Source: Octopus vulgaris
Lineage: Eukaryota
Length of the DNA stretch: 64,000 nt
NCBI GenBank assembly: GCA_951406725.2
Contig: OX597817.1
Coordinates: 119,908,001 to 119,972,000 of the forward strand
Direction of reading: 5' to 3'
Shown here: one piece after another, positions 40,196 through 52,415 of the stretch
Layout of the letters: each line of letters opens with the position of its first letter
How positions within the stretch are numbered: position 1 is the first letter of the stretch
Notes under the pieces: model-generated
Database searches by the model: none
What the model saw: only the letters and a program-made list of their open reading frames with translations
What the model was told of the DNA's origin: nothing
Position numbers and translations under genes: made by a program

Positions 40196-43177
40196 GGCTA
40201 CCGATCTATCATGGTGACACACACACAAACACACATATACATACACACACACATATATGCTCACTCATGTATACAAATGCAAGCACACACACACATACAC
40301 AAATATATACACAACAGTTTAAGGCTACAAAATTCCACCCATTAGTCATTGTAAGCTATGAAGGCGATATTTAGCCAAAGTACTGCCAGATGAAATTGAA
40401 CCAAAGTTATATGGTTTCTATACAAATTTCTTAACTACAGTAGTGTTCATTTACATGTAGACTGTTTAGTATATATAACAACAATAAGAATGTGTTAGAA
40501 TTTGAATTTACGATCACAGTTGTTATATCAGCATCTTCTTCATTAGACAACTCAAACAGCTGACATGCTGAATGAAAACTGTGTGAAAGAAGTCATAAAA
40601 TTATAAAGGGATAATGATTGAGAGCTGGACAGATAGGCAATGTAATCTAAAAGTGAAGCGTCAATGCAATAAATTGAGATGGCTGCATAACAAAAAAGTG
40701 AATAACTGAAGTGAAACAGGATAATCAACGTGTTGTTATCTACCTTTATAGCTTAATGGAAAGAGAATAGTAGGAGGAAAAGAATTCGAATGGGAGGAGG
40801 TAATAAAGCTAATGTTTCAAGGTGTTAACAAGTGAAAATCTATCAGGTAACTAAGAAAGAGATTACTTAAATATACTGATCCAATCTCAATTGAAATGTA
40901 AAAGTAGACATTTGAATATTGAATGGAAGCTGTCTGAAGAAAATTTGATCAAAATTTCTAAACATTATTTTATTATATTTAAATTGTGATGCATTTTAAA
41001 ACGTAATGGAATATATTATTATCTTATCATTAAGTGCCCACTTAAATAGTGTGTTCATGGCAAAATTTTAGCGATTACTTACAGTTAATGAAAATTCATT
41101 AATTTCAGAATTGTTTGTTGTTTTTGTTTTATAATCTTTATTAAGATCTGAGAGAGCCAAGACTATCATACTTTTTTTTATTTTACCATAATCTTAACTC
41201 ATATCCAACTGAGTCATGATCATCCAATATTTAATCCTTCAAACATAGTGTATTTAGAACTACATTATCCAATGTGTCCTCCCTTTAACAGGATGTTTCT
41301 GAATTGGTTTACCTGAATGGTTTACATATCTGTAACAATCAATTCTCAAGAAAAATACCTTTTAACCATTATTTAAAATTAAAAAATAGCTTAACAGCAA
41401 AGGTGAAACACAACTTTTGTCCTTTGTAGGAATGTAGCACATGTAAATCCAATGAACTTGTACTCAGTAATGCAACTGTGCAAACAATAACAAATAAAAA
41501 ACAAAGACGCTAGGTTAGATTTTTATTAGAAGGTATTTTTCATTGAGGATAGTTTGGAAGCACCTTTTATCATAGATTCTAGGGAATGCTATGATCATCT
41601 GAGGTCTCTTATGAAAGGAAAATATGTTTGAACTTCTAACGCATCATATTGTTAAACTGTTAGGAGATAATTCTCTTCCTGGACTGCATATTACATATTA
41701 ACAGTTCTACTGACTTCAGCTAAATCATAACAAATAAAATGAACACTTGTATACTTGTGAATATGACTCTCCATTCTGCTAACCTAAAGTTCTATGGATA
41801 GACAGGCGTTTTTGTTCATTATACAGTGCGATGATGATGATGATGATGATGATGATAAAAAAGTAAATTATAGGCAAATTCTAGATTCCATTTTTCAGTT
41901 GAAGTCAACTTAATTACATGAATAATATCCTAAGAAGAAGGGATGTTATTACAACATTGCTTGGCCATATAAATGTAAAACTTCAATTATATAAGAATTC
42001 AGTATTATTTAAAGAATAATACTAAAATAAAGGAAGCTGAGAAATGCATTTTGTAAAAGATTTAGCAATTCTGAATTCACTCATTTACTCTTTATTTGAT
42101 AAAATTAATCCAAAATACCATTCCAAAATTATTGTTGAAGAAATCTAATTTAGTATCTCTTGTAGTTCTATAATGAACAGATAGATGAGTTGTTTTTATT
42201 ATGTCTTATTGGAACTTACATTCTGAGATTTTTTACTTGTATTTTTTATTTTGTAATAATAATAATAATATACCAAATGAACCAATTACAATAACCAAAA
42301 CTGGATTTTAGATATATCTATTTTTATCAAAGATTTGATAATAACTAGGAAGATGTCCAACAAATAATTACAACATAGTTTTGCTTTCTTCATGGTTGGT
42401 TATTTCAGAAATGTTGCACAAATATATTTACCATTTCCTCTTGGCAAAAATGGATGTAAGCATAACAATAAATACTGTATTGCTCAATGTCTTGCACATG
42501 CTTCTACTTTCCAATTAATAGTCTACTTAATCTGAAATATCCCCACAAAATATTTGAAATAATTTAAATTGTTATACCACATTTAACAAATTCTTTATTT
42601 GCACATTTGGATAGGTTGGGCTTTTATGTTGGTTTATAGTTATAAATATATTCAATTTCTGTAATAAAAATTAGAAACATAGTTTAACTGATAAAGTAAA
42701 TCCCAATAGTTTCATTTTTAGGAGATACGAAATTTAATTTCATGACATTTATAGTTTTTTACCAATTCATTAAGCGAGGAATGAAAACCTTGCTTCCTAT
42801 GAGAATAGCAATAACAATAAAAATTGGCAGAAGAATTAATACAGATGGCAATTAACAGCCATATTTAACTACCAACAGCAGTAGAATTGTAACACGTAAT
42901 TGTATATACTTGAACAATAAATAACATCAGAAATAGTAGCAGAAGCATTAGTTTTCCATATAAACAGAAATTCCCTTATAGTAAGATTCATTTGAATGTA
43001 TTTACTATTGGTAAACAGTTATAATCACATTACTTATTTTTTAAGAATGAATGTTAAATTTCCCCCGTATTAATTCAACTCAGAATCATTTAAAATACAA
43101 ACATGTGTGCAGTATATATATATATATGTATGTATGTACAGGTGTGTGTGTGTGTATGATTGTATGCAATGCACGTA

Positions 43178-43540
43178 TCTTCTTTTATCTTTTACTTATT
43201 TCAGTCATTAGACTGTGGCCAAACTGGAAGAAATTTAGTTGAATAAATTAACTCCAATAATTTCTTTTTCATAAACTTGATATTTATTCTATTGGTCTTT
43301 TATGCTGCACAGCTAAGTTACAGGGACGTAAACACACCAACATCTGTTGTCAAAAGGTGGTGGACAAACACAGAAAAAGACACACACACATACACACACA
43401 CATACATACACACAATAGACTTCTTTCAGTTTCCATCTACTGAATTCACTCACAAAGCTTTGGTTGGCCAAGGTGCCATGCAACGGGATTGAACCCAGAA
43501 CCATGTTGCTGAAAAGTAAACTTATCATATAGCGATGCCT
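43178..43540 (-). mobile_element. SINE family A
   Basis: Tail, body and head motifs match other copies. Confidence 0.85.
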
Positions 43541-44031
43541 GTATCTATAAATATATTTTCCTCATTTTATTTTTTGAAATTCTCACCAATGAAGAAGGGG
43601 CTAGTTTCTAACCCAGGAAGATCCTTGCATTCTCTCATTAGTGATATCTACATCTGTGCACTGATTTCTCATAATGTATACCAATTTTATTCTTATCAAT
43701 ATGTACCTCTTAATTATCATAGGGAAAAAATTCTACAACGCTTCAAGAACTTACAAACCCATTCTATTTCTAATCATGTGGGCATGTATTTTTGTATATA
43801 TTTATTATTATTTCTGCTTGTATAATCAGCTATATATGTATCTGTGAACTGGCATGTGTGTGTGTGTGTATGTGTGTGCGTGCACATGCGTGTATATATA
43901 TATAAACAGACACTTGATTCAGTTTGATTCAGAATTCTTTTTAATAATTAAACAGCATGAGAAATTTTTACCATTTGTTTTGCTACAATTTTCTTTTGAT
44001 ACATTTCTATCTGCTTTCTTTCGTGTTTTAG

Positions 44032-44144
44032 TTAAGAAGAAAGGCAGGGCCCATGATCTGCTGCAGCGCCTCCAAGAATGGTGGGAGAAATGGAGAAAAG
44101 TATCGCCAACCCAGAAATATAGCCTTGTTGCGTTAAATCTGGAG
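44032..44144 (+). CDS. Isolated candidate exon, product unknown
   Basis: Long pyrimidine tract ending TTTTAG (44031), GC-richer open frame KKKGRAHDLLQRLQEWWEKWRKVSPTQKYSLVALNLE, weak donor GAG|GTGAAT; no family recognised. Confidence 0.25.
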
Positions 44145-44632
44145 GTGAATTAATACTACAACACTATGCTTACATAGAACCACAGTAGAATTAGAACTCA
44201 GAATGGTAAGAGCTGGACAAATACTGCAACGTATCCAGTTTGCCATTCTTAAAGTCCCACTATGTTGCAAGCATTTGGGCCAGGTCTCCAGGTCAAGGAT
44301 ACCTGACTCTCTCCCCATACAAACACAAACATCATATGGGCATGTCCTGAGAAGCAATAATGATGGTTTTGTTTGTTTTTTTACTAAATTTCTAAGTACT
44401 ACATAGTCTTTGTTTCCATTAGAATGTTGCACTTTAAGTTGTCTTTAGTTTATTTATTCAGGTAGTTTTATTCATTCAGGTAATCAGGTGTTATGGTTAC
44501 TAAAGGATGTGCAGATGAGCTCTCGCCATTTCATTTTATAGATATTTTTGACACTCAGTGTTTGACAGTTTATACTTCAGGTATTTGTCTGAAAATATGT
44601 CTAAGTTGACTAAAGTTTCCATCATAAATATT

Positions 44633-44846
44633 CTTTCCTACTTTAGGCACAAGGACTGAAATTTTGGGGGAGGGGGACAGTTGATTAGATTGACCCCAGT
44701 ATGCAACTAGTACTTAATTTATTTACCCCGAAAGGATGAAAGGCAAAGTCGACCTCAGCAGAATTTGAATTCAGAACATAAAGACAAACAAAATTCTACT
44801 AAGCATTTCGCCCAGCTTGCTAATGTTTCTGCCAGCTCACCACCTT
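44633..44846 (-). mobile_element. Full-length SINE family B with perfect 18-bp TSD
   Basis: GTTTCCATCATAAATATT at 44615-44632 and 44847-44864. Confidence 0.93.
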
Positions 44847-45644
44847 GTTTCCATCATAAATATTACTGACAGAAAATTCTGACAATCTCTTTCATGATAA
44901 AGTACAAATATTTCATATCTTAATCTGAACTTTGATGTCACAAGTTGAAATTAATTCAACTTCACACCTCACCATGAGTATTCTCATTGATACTGCATGG
45001 GCTAATGTAATTTTGGCTCTGTAATCTTACTACATTGCTATCTCTATCAATTATTTTTCTTGTGTCACTTTCTAACTTATAGAGTGATAAGTATTTTCAT
45101 AATAGCTACAAAGGAGACTTGAGATATATGTCTTCATATATTTCTCAACATCACACATCTTTAGCTGACAAGTTTTGATCCATCACAATATTGTGAGAAG
45201 TCAATATCTGGCAGTGAGAGAAATTTTGTTTATCAGACAAACAATTTTCTCTGGAAAGTGTTTAAAAGTGGAACTTAACACTATTGGAGATATTGGATGA
45301 TGATTCTGTTATGATTTTATTTCAATTTTAGAGTGACAGAAAATTCTTATCACCTGAAATAAAATTTGAGATCTGTAAAAGAACTCAACTATCTAAAATA
45401 CAATATTTGCAATCTACACAGCAAAAATTTCACAAGATCAGGGATTGGTAAGTTCATCTTCCCTAAAACAACTGAATTTAGCATTTACAAAGAATTATTT
45501 ATGCTAGCTTAAACATTTTTAATATTGGATAAGAGAGTTGGATATAAATTTTGAACTGCTGGCTATGATTTTTTAAAAATCGCTTGCTATTGATTTTAAT
45601 TCTTTTCTCAACATTATTAAATCCACACATATTGCATAAACATA

Positions 45645-46002
45645 TACTCTTTTACTCTTCTACTTGTTTCAGTCATTTGACCACCACCATGCTGGAGTAC
45701 CACCTTTAGTCGAATAAATACACCCAAGGACTTATTCTTTGCAAGCCTAGTACTTATTCTATAGGTCCCTTTTGCCGAATCGCTAAGTTATGGGGACGAA
45801 AACACACCAACATCGGTTATCAAGCGATGATGGTGGGGACAAACACAGACACAAACATACACACACACACACATATATATTATACAATGGGATTCTTTCA
45901 GTTTCCATCTACGAAATCCACTCACAAGACACTTGCCCAAGGTTCCACACAGTGGGACTGAATCCAGAACCATGTAGTTGATAAGCAAGCTACTTACCAC
46001 AC
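45645..46002 (-). mobile_element. SINE family A
   Basis: Motif match to other copies. Confidence 0.9.
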
Positions 46003-46386
46003 AAACACTGATGACCTTTACAATAAAAAAATGTGTCTGCTTGCAGCATTCCAGATCATAATAGTACAATGCCTAAAGTTCTTTCAACAGTTTCAACAAT
46101 ACCAAGCCTCATATCAATCTTCTTTTAGAGCACAGATGATGTCAGAAAAATATGAGTAGAGTGAGAGCAATAATCTATTATCACCTGAGGTTTTCTTACA
46201 AAAAGCGTACTTTAAATTTCTATTCAAAACAGTTTAGTTTATAAAACTGAATTAAAATGGATATTCTTTTTATGTCAATGTGGCTCCTGTTGATTCATAA
46301 CAATTTCTTCTGTCTTGAGTGGTTTATTTTAATATACAACATTTAAGCAAAAGCTTTTACTAGTTCTTTACTATATATATATATAT

Positions 46387-46785
46387 GGTGGTGTGGTAAG
46401 AAGCTTGCTTCCCAACTACATGTTTCCAGGTTCAGTCCCACTATGTTGCACTTTGGGCAAGTGTCTTCTATAACCTCAGATCAACCAAAGCCTTGTGAGC
46501 AGATTTGGTAGACAGAAACTGAAAGAAGCCCATCATATATGCATATGTATATATACATATTTATGTGTGTGTTTGTGTTTGTGCCCACCACCATCACTTG
46601 ACAACTGATGTTGGTGTGTTTATGTCCCCATAACTTAGCGATTCAGCAAAAGAGGCCAACAGAATAAGTACTAGGCTTACAAAGAACAAGTCCCCTGGGG
46701 TGTATTTGTTTGACTAAAACCCTTTAAGGTGGTGCTCTAGCATGGCCATAGTCAAATGACTGAAACATGTAAAAGAATAAAAGAA
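46387..46785 (+). mobile_element. SINE family A
   Basis: GTGTGGTAAGAAGCTTGC...GGTTCAGTCCC...GTCAAATGACTGAAAC. Confidence 0.9.
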
Positions 46786-47171
46786 TGCCAAATGAGAATC
46801 AGCTATGTTTTTTTTTTTTTTGCAATGTGTTGTGGGCTATAGTTTTTTAAACCACTTTAAGAAAATACTTATATCTTCTCATGTCTCCTAAAACATACAA
46901 TAGTTCTTAAGAAATAGCACAATTCCAATTTAATTCAGTTTCTTTATAAAGGAATAGCTAAAAAAACAAAAAAAAAAAAAGGAACAACACTAAGAACAGT
47001 TCTAAGTAGATATCAGCAACTCAAAATCATTTTGATTTTCATATAATTTTCTATGACATACAGAGACCATTTGAAAATAACCAACTACTTTATATTTTTT
47101 AATGAGTGTAACTTTATAACTCAGATATCATCATACTTCTGATAGTTGATAAATGTTCTCTACTTTTACAT

Positions 47172-47707
47172 GTATCTTTTATCTCTTACTTGCTTCAGTT
47201 ATTGAAATGTGGCCATGCTGGTGCACCACTTTGAATGATTTAATGAAATGAATCAACCCCAGTATTTATTTTCCTTTTTTTGGTACTTATTCCATCAGTC
47301 TTTTACTGAACTGCTAGTTCACAGGGGACATAAACCAACACCACTGGTTAAGCAGTGGGATGGGAAATAAAAGCACACACACATATATAAAACAAACATA
47401 CACTGAGGAATGCCTGAGGTAGATCCAGCAACAACTGTGTAAAATACTGTGGATGACATCAGGTAGTCATAGGCAGTGAATGTACTTCATCGGCTTACTA
47501 CTAGGAACGTAACCAACACTTAAATATTTAGTCATATATATACATGATGGGCTTCTTTCAGTTTCCATTCACCAAATCCACTCACAAGGCTCTTAAAGTC
47601 CTTGAGCTATAGTAGAAGACACTTGCCCAAGGAGCCACCCAATGGGACTGAACTCAGAACCATGTGGTTGAGAGGCAAACTTCTTACCACACAGCCATAT
47701 CTATACC
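47172..47707 (-). mobile_element. SINE family A with ~130-bp foreign insert at 47400-47530
   Basis: Tail and body 47172-47390, head 47545-47707. Confidence 0.85.
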
Positions 47708-48859
47708 TATCTGTTTTTAAACAGTAATTCATTTTAGAATAATTTTTTAAAATAGCTTTAAAACTTGATAAACTTGATTAGATTTTGAAAATATCATTTT
47801 CATAATCAAGTCGATATCAGATAGTAGAGTACACAACAAAATAAATTTGCTCATCTCTTGACATTGATAAAATAAATACTGGTATTATACTAGGGTATAA
47901 ATATCCAGTAGAGTATTGTCCTCTCAAAAACAATTAGTTTTCTGTCTCTGTAAGAAATCAACATTTGTTTAACAGCTATTTTCCACAAGAAAACAAAAAC
48001 AAACAAGAAACAAATAAAATTCTATGGAAATTATTAAACAAAAGCTGGAAATATACCAAAATTTATAATCAAATTAATGATGCATGTTTTTCATTCTATC
48101 TTTTTATACTATTAATTTATAATTATGCAATGACAAGCAATTATTATTTATTGCATTCTAGAAGAAAATGATACATATATGCATGGTTTGAGTAAATAAG
48201 AGTGCTGGACAAAAAACTTACAAACAGACCTTAAAAGGGGTTATCTCAACAAAACACACTTGCTTGTAGGATACAACTGTAATAACAGGGGACACCTGAC
48301 AACAGCCACAAAAATACCATTTCATTAGCCAAGGGATTATAGTTAAAAATATATTTTACTAAAACTAATTTCCACACATTTTGATTCTTATGACATGTAG
48401 ATAAACTTTGCAGAATGTTATTATTTTTGTGTCTTTTGCTTTTAGCATAATCTTTTTTATTATTATTATTAGATCTTATTATTAAAAGCTATTTTATTTA
48501 CAAACATTTAGTAATTTAAAGAGATACTTCAGTCTTGATTGCTGAAAGGAATGTTAATTTCAAGAAATTGAGAAATTGCAGATAAAAAATTTTAACTACA
48601 TGTTTGTCTATAGTTTAATATTGAATAAAGTGAATTAAATGCTAGTCCAATTCAATAAACTAAATTGCAGTTTTTCATTATGAAATAGCAAAACTTGCAT
48701 TCTATGAAAGCTACTGGGATCACTTGAAATTTTAGTTTACAATACATTTTATAGAATGGGATTTCCTAATCCAAGATGCAAAAGCCTTTACAAAAATAAC
48801 AAAATAAAGAGACTTGGAAACAGCTTCCTAATGCAAGTGCAGTTATTCAAAAACTTCAC

Positions 48860-49260
48860 ATAGTAGATGTTAGAGGGTTTCAAGGATTATCAGCAAAGAA
48901 TGCACACCATTTTGGAGCCTTCCTCTTCACAGCCTTACAGTGCACCAGCTCCACTCAATAATGTGAGGCTCCTACCTACTGCTTTGACTGAATAGTATTC
49001 AACTTCAAGTTCATTTTGGGATCATCACCTTTCCAGCCAGGTTTTGTCATTCCTTTTCACCCATATCTAATAGTTGGTCCTCTCACCTGTCACTTGGTAC
49101 TCCTTCAAAATGGCACTTGCTTGCCAATATTAGATAGCAATTGATAACAGCCACCATCTCAGTCTGGTCCCAATAAAACCCCTACATCCAACTTCTGCAG
49201 GATTGTTTACTGCATTTCAACCAGCATTTATACAGTCATCCAGTAGCATCTCATAATGCT
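48860..49260 (-). mobile_element. RLE-type non-LTR retrotransposon 3' end (HERO/NeSL-like)
   Basis: YEMLLDDCINAG*NAVNNPAEVGCRGFIG...IWVKRNDKTW matches the HERO-type EVGCRGF...WLWIKR C-terminus. Confidence 0.75.
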
Positions 49261-49290
49261 CATCTCTCCTAACCTGGACTGAATCAAAAT

Positions 49291-49356
49291 TCATTATTTA
49301 CAATTGAAGGATATTTGTCCTTATCTTGTTTGTTGTTAACACAACGTTTCAGCTGA
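49291..49356 (-). mobile_element. Penelope-like terminal fragment with hammerhead 3' half only
   Basis: Minus CAGCTGAAACGTTGTGTTAACAACAAAC; the CTGANGA half is absent. Confidence 0.35.
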
Positions 49357-51279
49357 ACACATCTATACTTGTCATCATTTGCTATTTTCCATCTCAACAG
49401 TTTGCATGGGTATGGCAGTACATCATAGGTGGCTTGAAGAAGGAAACTCAAGCCTGATGTACTCCACCTTTACATCTCATCCTGAACTCACCTTCCTTTT
49501 AATAACTTAATCTTTGCACTTGGCCATCTGACTTTGCTGAGGCATTAATTAACAATTCTAAATATTCAGATATTTCTAAAAGATTTCGGATTTAAAATCT
49601 ACTGTGCACACATACACACACACAACAAAAAAATCAAGATTCATGGCCTTGAGATATCAAGATCATAAAGCTATAAACCTACATTCTTCAAAAGGAAATT
49701 TATTCAAGTAAATTTAGAAATTATCGTGCACTAAAGATAGTCTCATTAAATGTTTTAACCAAAATATATTTCTCAATTGGCCAGCGATAAAATCTAATTA
49801 AATTTTAAATATATTTCCAATAATGCATAATTCTCATTGTAGCTTTTCCACTAAAAGCAGCTTTATAATTGAGTACATATACATATCTTTATATCATTAA
49901 ACATATTTAGGGAAATTCCTCCACCACCACCACCACACTTTACGAATTTGTCTCAGTAGGAGAAGAGAGCAGTGCTTCAAACCTAAGTTAGCAATACATA
50001 TGTTCTATTTCTATTCATGATAAAAAACGTAAGAGAAATATGAGCTAGGATAGTCATTTCAAAGAAACGTGCTCCGGGAAGAAAAGGAATTAAGAAATAT
50101 TTAGTACAGATCTTTAGATTTAAAAGGCAGGTTTGATGAAATTCTTTTTCTTGAGAGGTAAAAATAATACATCTCTGCAGTACAGAAACAGTGAGAATGT
50201 TTATGCACATATTTACACAAAGGCAGTTTTTGCTCAAATGATGACCATTTTGTATAATTTTCATCTGTGGGTAAATGCCTTTTAGATGGCCTTGGGACAA
50301 CTTTTAGGTTATTTATTCTAGTTGCATAGCAAAATCTTTTGAAAACTTTTCCAGGAGTTACTAAATTATGAGCATTTATAACATGGGGTTGCAGTGCAGA
50401 GAAACATATGCAAAAGTAATGACTGTTTCCATTACTCAGAACTGGTTTCAGAGAGGCAAAAAAAATTCAATCATTTAATGCTACATGTAATCAACAAAGA
50501 GTTAACATAGGTTCAACCACTGCTGCACATAGATGATCAGAAAATGGGTAAAGTAGGAACTACTATGCAATATTTTCACATTGAGTTAGTTGCTATAACA
50601 GAATGTTAATTGATACTACTGATCTCAGAACTCTCCAAACAAAGAGATATTCTGAGTTAAAAACTGATTTTTCTAAGATTTAATATCAATAATTCAGTTC
50701 TTTAAGAGAGTCAGTAACATTTAGCCTTGGAATTTCAAGTCATAAAAATTATTCATGAGGAGTGTACTTGTAACATAAATAGTGCTGGCTAAGATGTAAT
50801 ATGTACATTTTACCATTTAAAAATTTTTATGACAGTCTTGAAACATTTAAAGTGTAATTTTTCATCCAAAACTTTGAAAGGTAGAAAGGCAAAATTGAAT
50901 GTAAGTTCTGGTTATTAAGTTATTAGTTATTTAAAAGTTTTTGCTTATTAAAAGTTCTTTTGCCAAACTTAATTCAAGAACAATAAGTGAAACATTTTAA
51001 TACATCAAACATGTTATATCATTTAATAGTAAAAATCCCCGAATCTGAATGACAAATGAAAGCAAATAACTTTAATGAGTGGTGCAGAAATCCATCTGCT
51101 AACTGCATCAATGAAACGGTGTTTGCATTGGATTTTCAAACAGTTGATACTTTTTATTGCTTGCAACTCTTGACAGAAGACTCACCATTTTCTGGTGATG
51201 AGGCAGGACTTGAGCTCAGTATTCTTAGAGCTGGAATAGATACTTTAAGACAACTTATCCAATGCTCTGTCAACTCTTG

Positions 51280-51412
51280 GCTAGTACATAATTATTCATT
51301 CAAAGGGCAAAGTTGACCTTAGTGCAAGTTGAACTAAGATTGCAAAGAATCAGAACATATACTGCAAGATATTTTATCAAGCACTTTAATGACTCCTCCA
51401 ATTCACTGCCTT
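51280..51412 (-). mobile_element. Decayed SINE family B
   Basis: AAAGGGCAAAGTTGACCT...TTGAACT...CAATTCACTGCCTT. Confidence 0.55.
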
Positions 51413-52244
51413 TTAAGAGTGGTAAAAGTCTTTGTCCTACTATTTAGGAACTTACACAGATACGCGACTGATTACACAATAAATTTAAAAGAAAATTGAA
51501 ATAATTACCATTATTTTTTATACAGCAATTGTAATATATATATATATATTTTTAATTTCTGAGATCTTTCACAACAGACTTATGACTCAAAAACATATGA
51601 TAGCAAATGTATAGAACTGTTGTATTAACAACAGGAAAGAGCAAATTAACATATCAAAGTATAAGGTCACAATTAGTAAATGAGACAAACTTTCAGCTGA
51701 TTTTTGTCACCAGAGGAAATAGGAAGAGGAAAACAGACAGATGAGATACACGTGAAACTGATGACATTAAAGACATCAACTTGATATTTCATAGACTGTT
51801 GAATATATCATATTGGATTAATATATAATGATCTGTTCCAAAGTTGCAAATAATATATAACCCTCAGATTGCTCTTAGTAAATTATCAATGTTAAATGCA
51901 GAAATGTTATTGAGCAGCAAGTTATTGACTTTTTTAAACATTTTAAATGGTTTTAAATTTCAATGTGGATGCTCCAGATAGCCTTTCAGCATTAGCTGCT
52001 CCCCTTGAACATTGAGAGTTTGCTCTGGCACTGCTTCAATGCCTTCCTTTTATCTTCTTTTCAACTACTCTCACCTACAACTAAATATAATATGGGGTAG
52101 ACATATATTTCCTCTATAGCAAGTTACAAGTACTCATCTCTCTATCTTACTTTAGTCTTCTAACATCTGGCATAAGTTCACCTATCAAATTCTCTCCACT
52201 TAGTAGTAAGAGCTTTTTCCTTTTCCTCTCTCTCTTCTTTTTTG

Positions 52245-52415
52245 CATGAAAAAAGCACCCAATATACTCTGTAAAGTAGTTGGCATTAGGAAGAGAATCC
52301 AGACATAGAAACCATGTCAAAACTGACATTGGAGCCTAATGTAGCATTGCAACTCACCAGATGCTGACAAACCTTCAAACCCATGGCAGTATGGAAAATG
52401 GTTGTTGAATGTTGA
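52245..52415 (+). mobile_element. Diverged RTE-type 3' end, family E
   Basis: AAAAAGCACCC...GTTGGCATTAGGAAG...AACCCATGGCAGTATGGAAAATGG. Confidence 0.7.

Noticed and set aside
49983-50300. 105-aa minus ORF (also 25596-25841, 34038-34307, 61772-61966)
   Set aside because: AT-rich, no recognisable domain, no convincing splice sites
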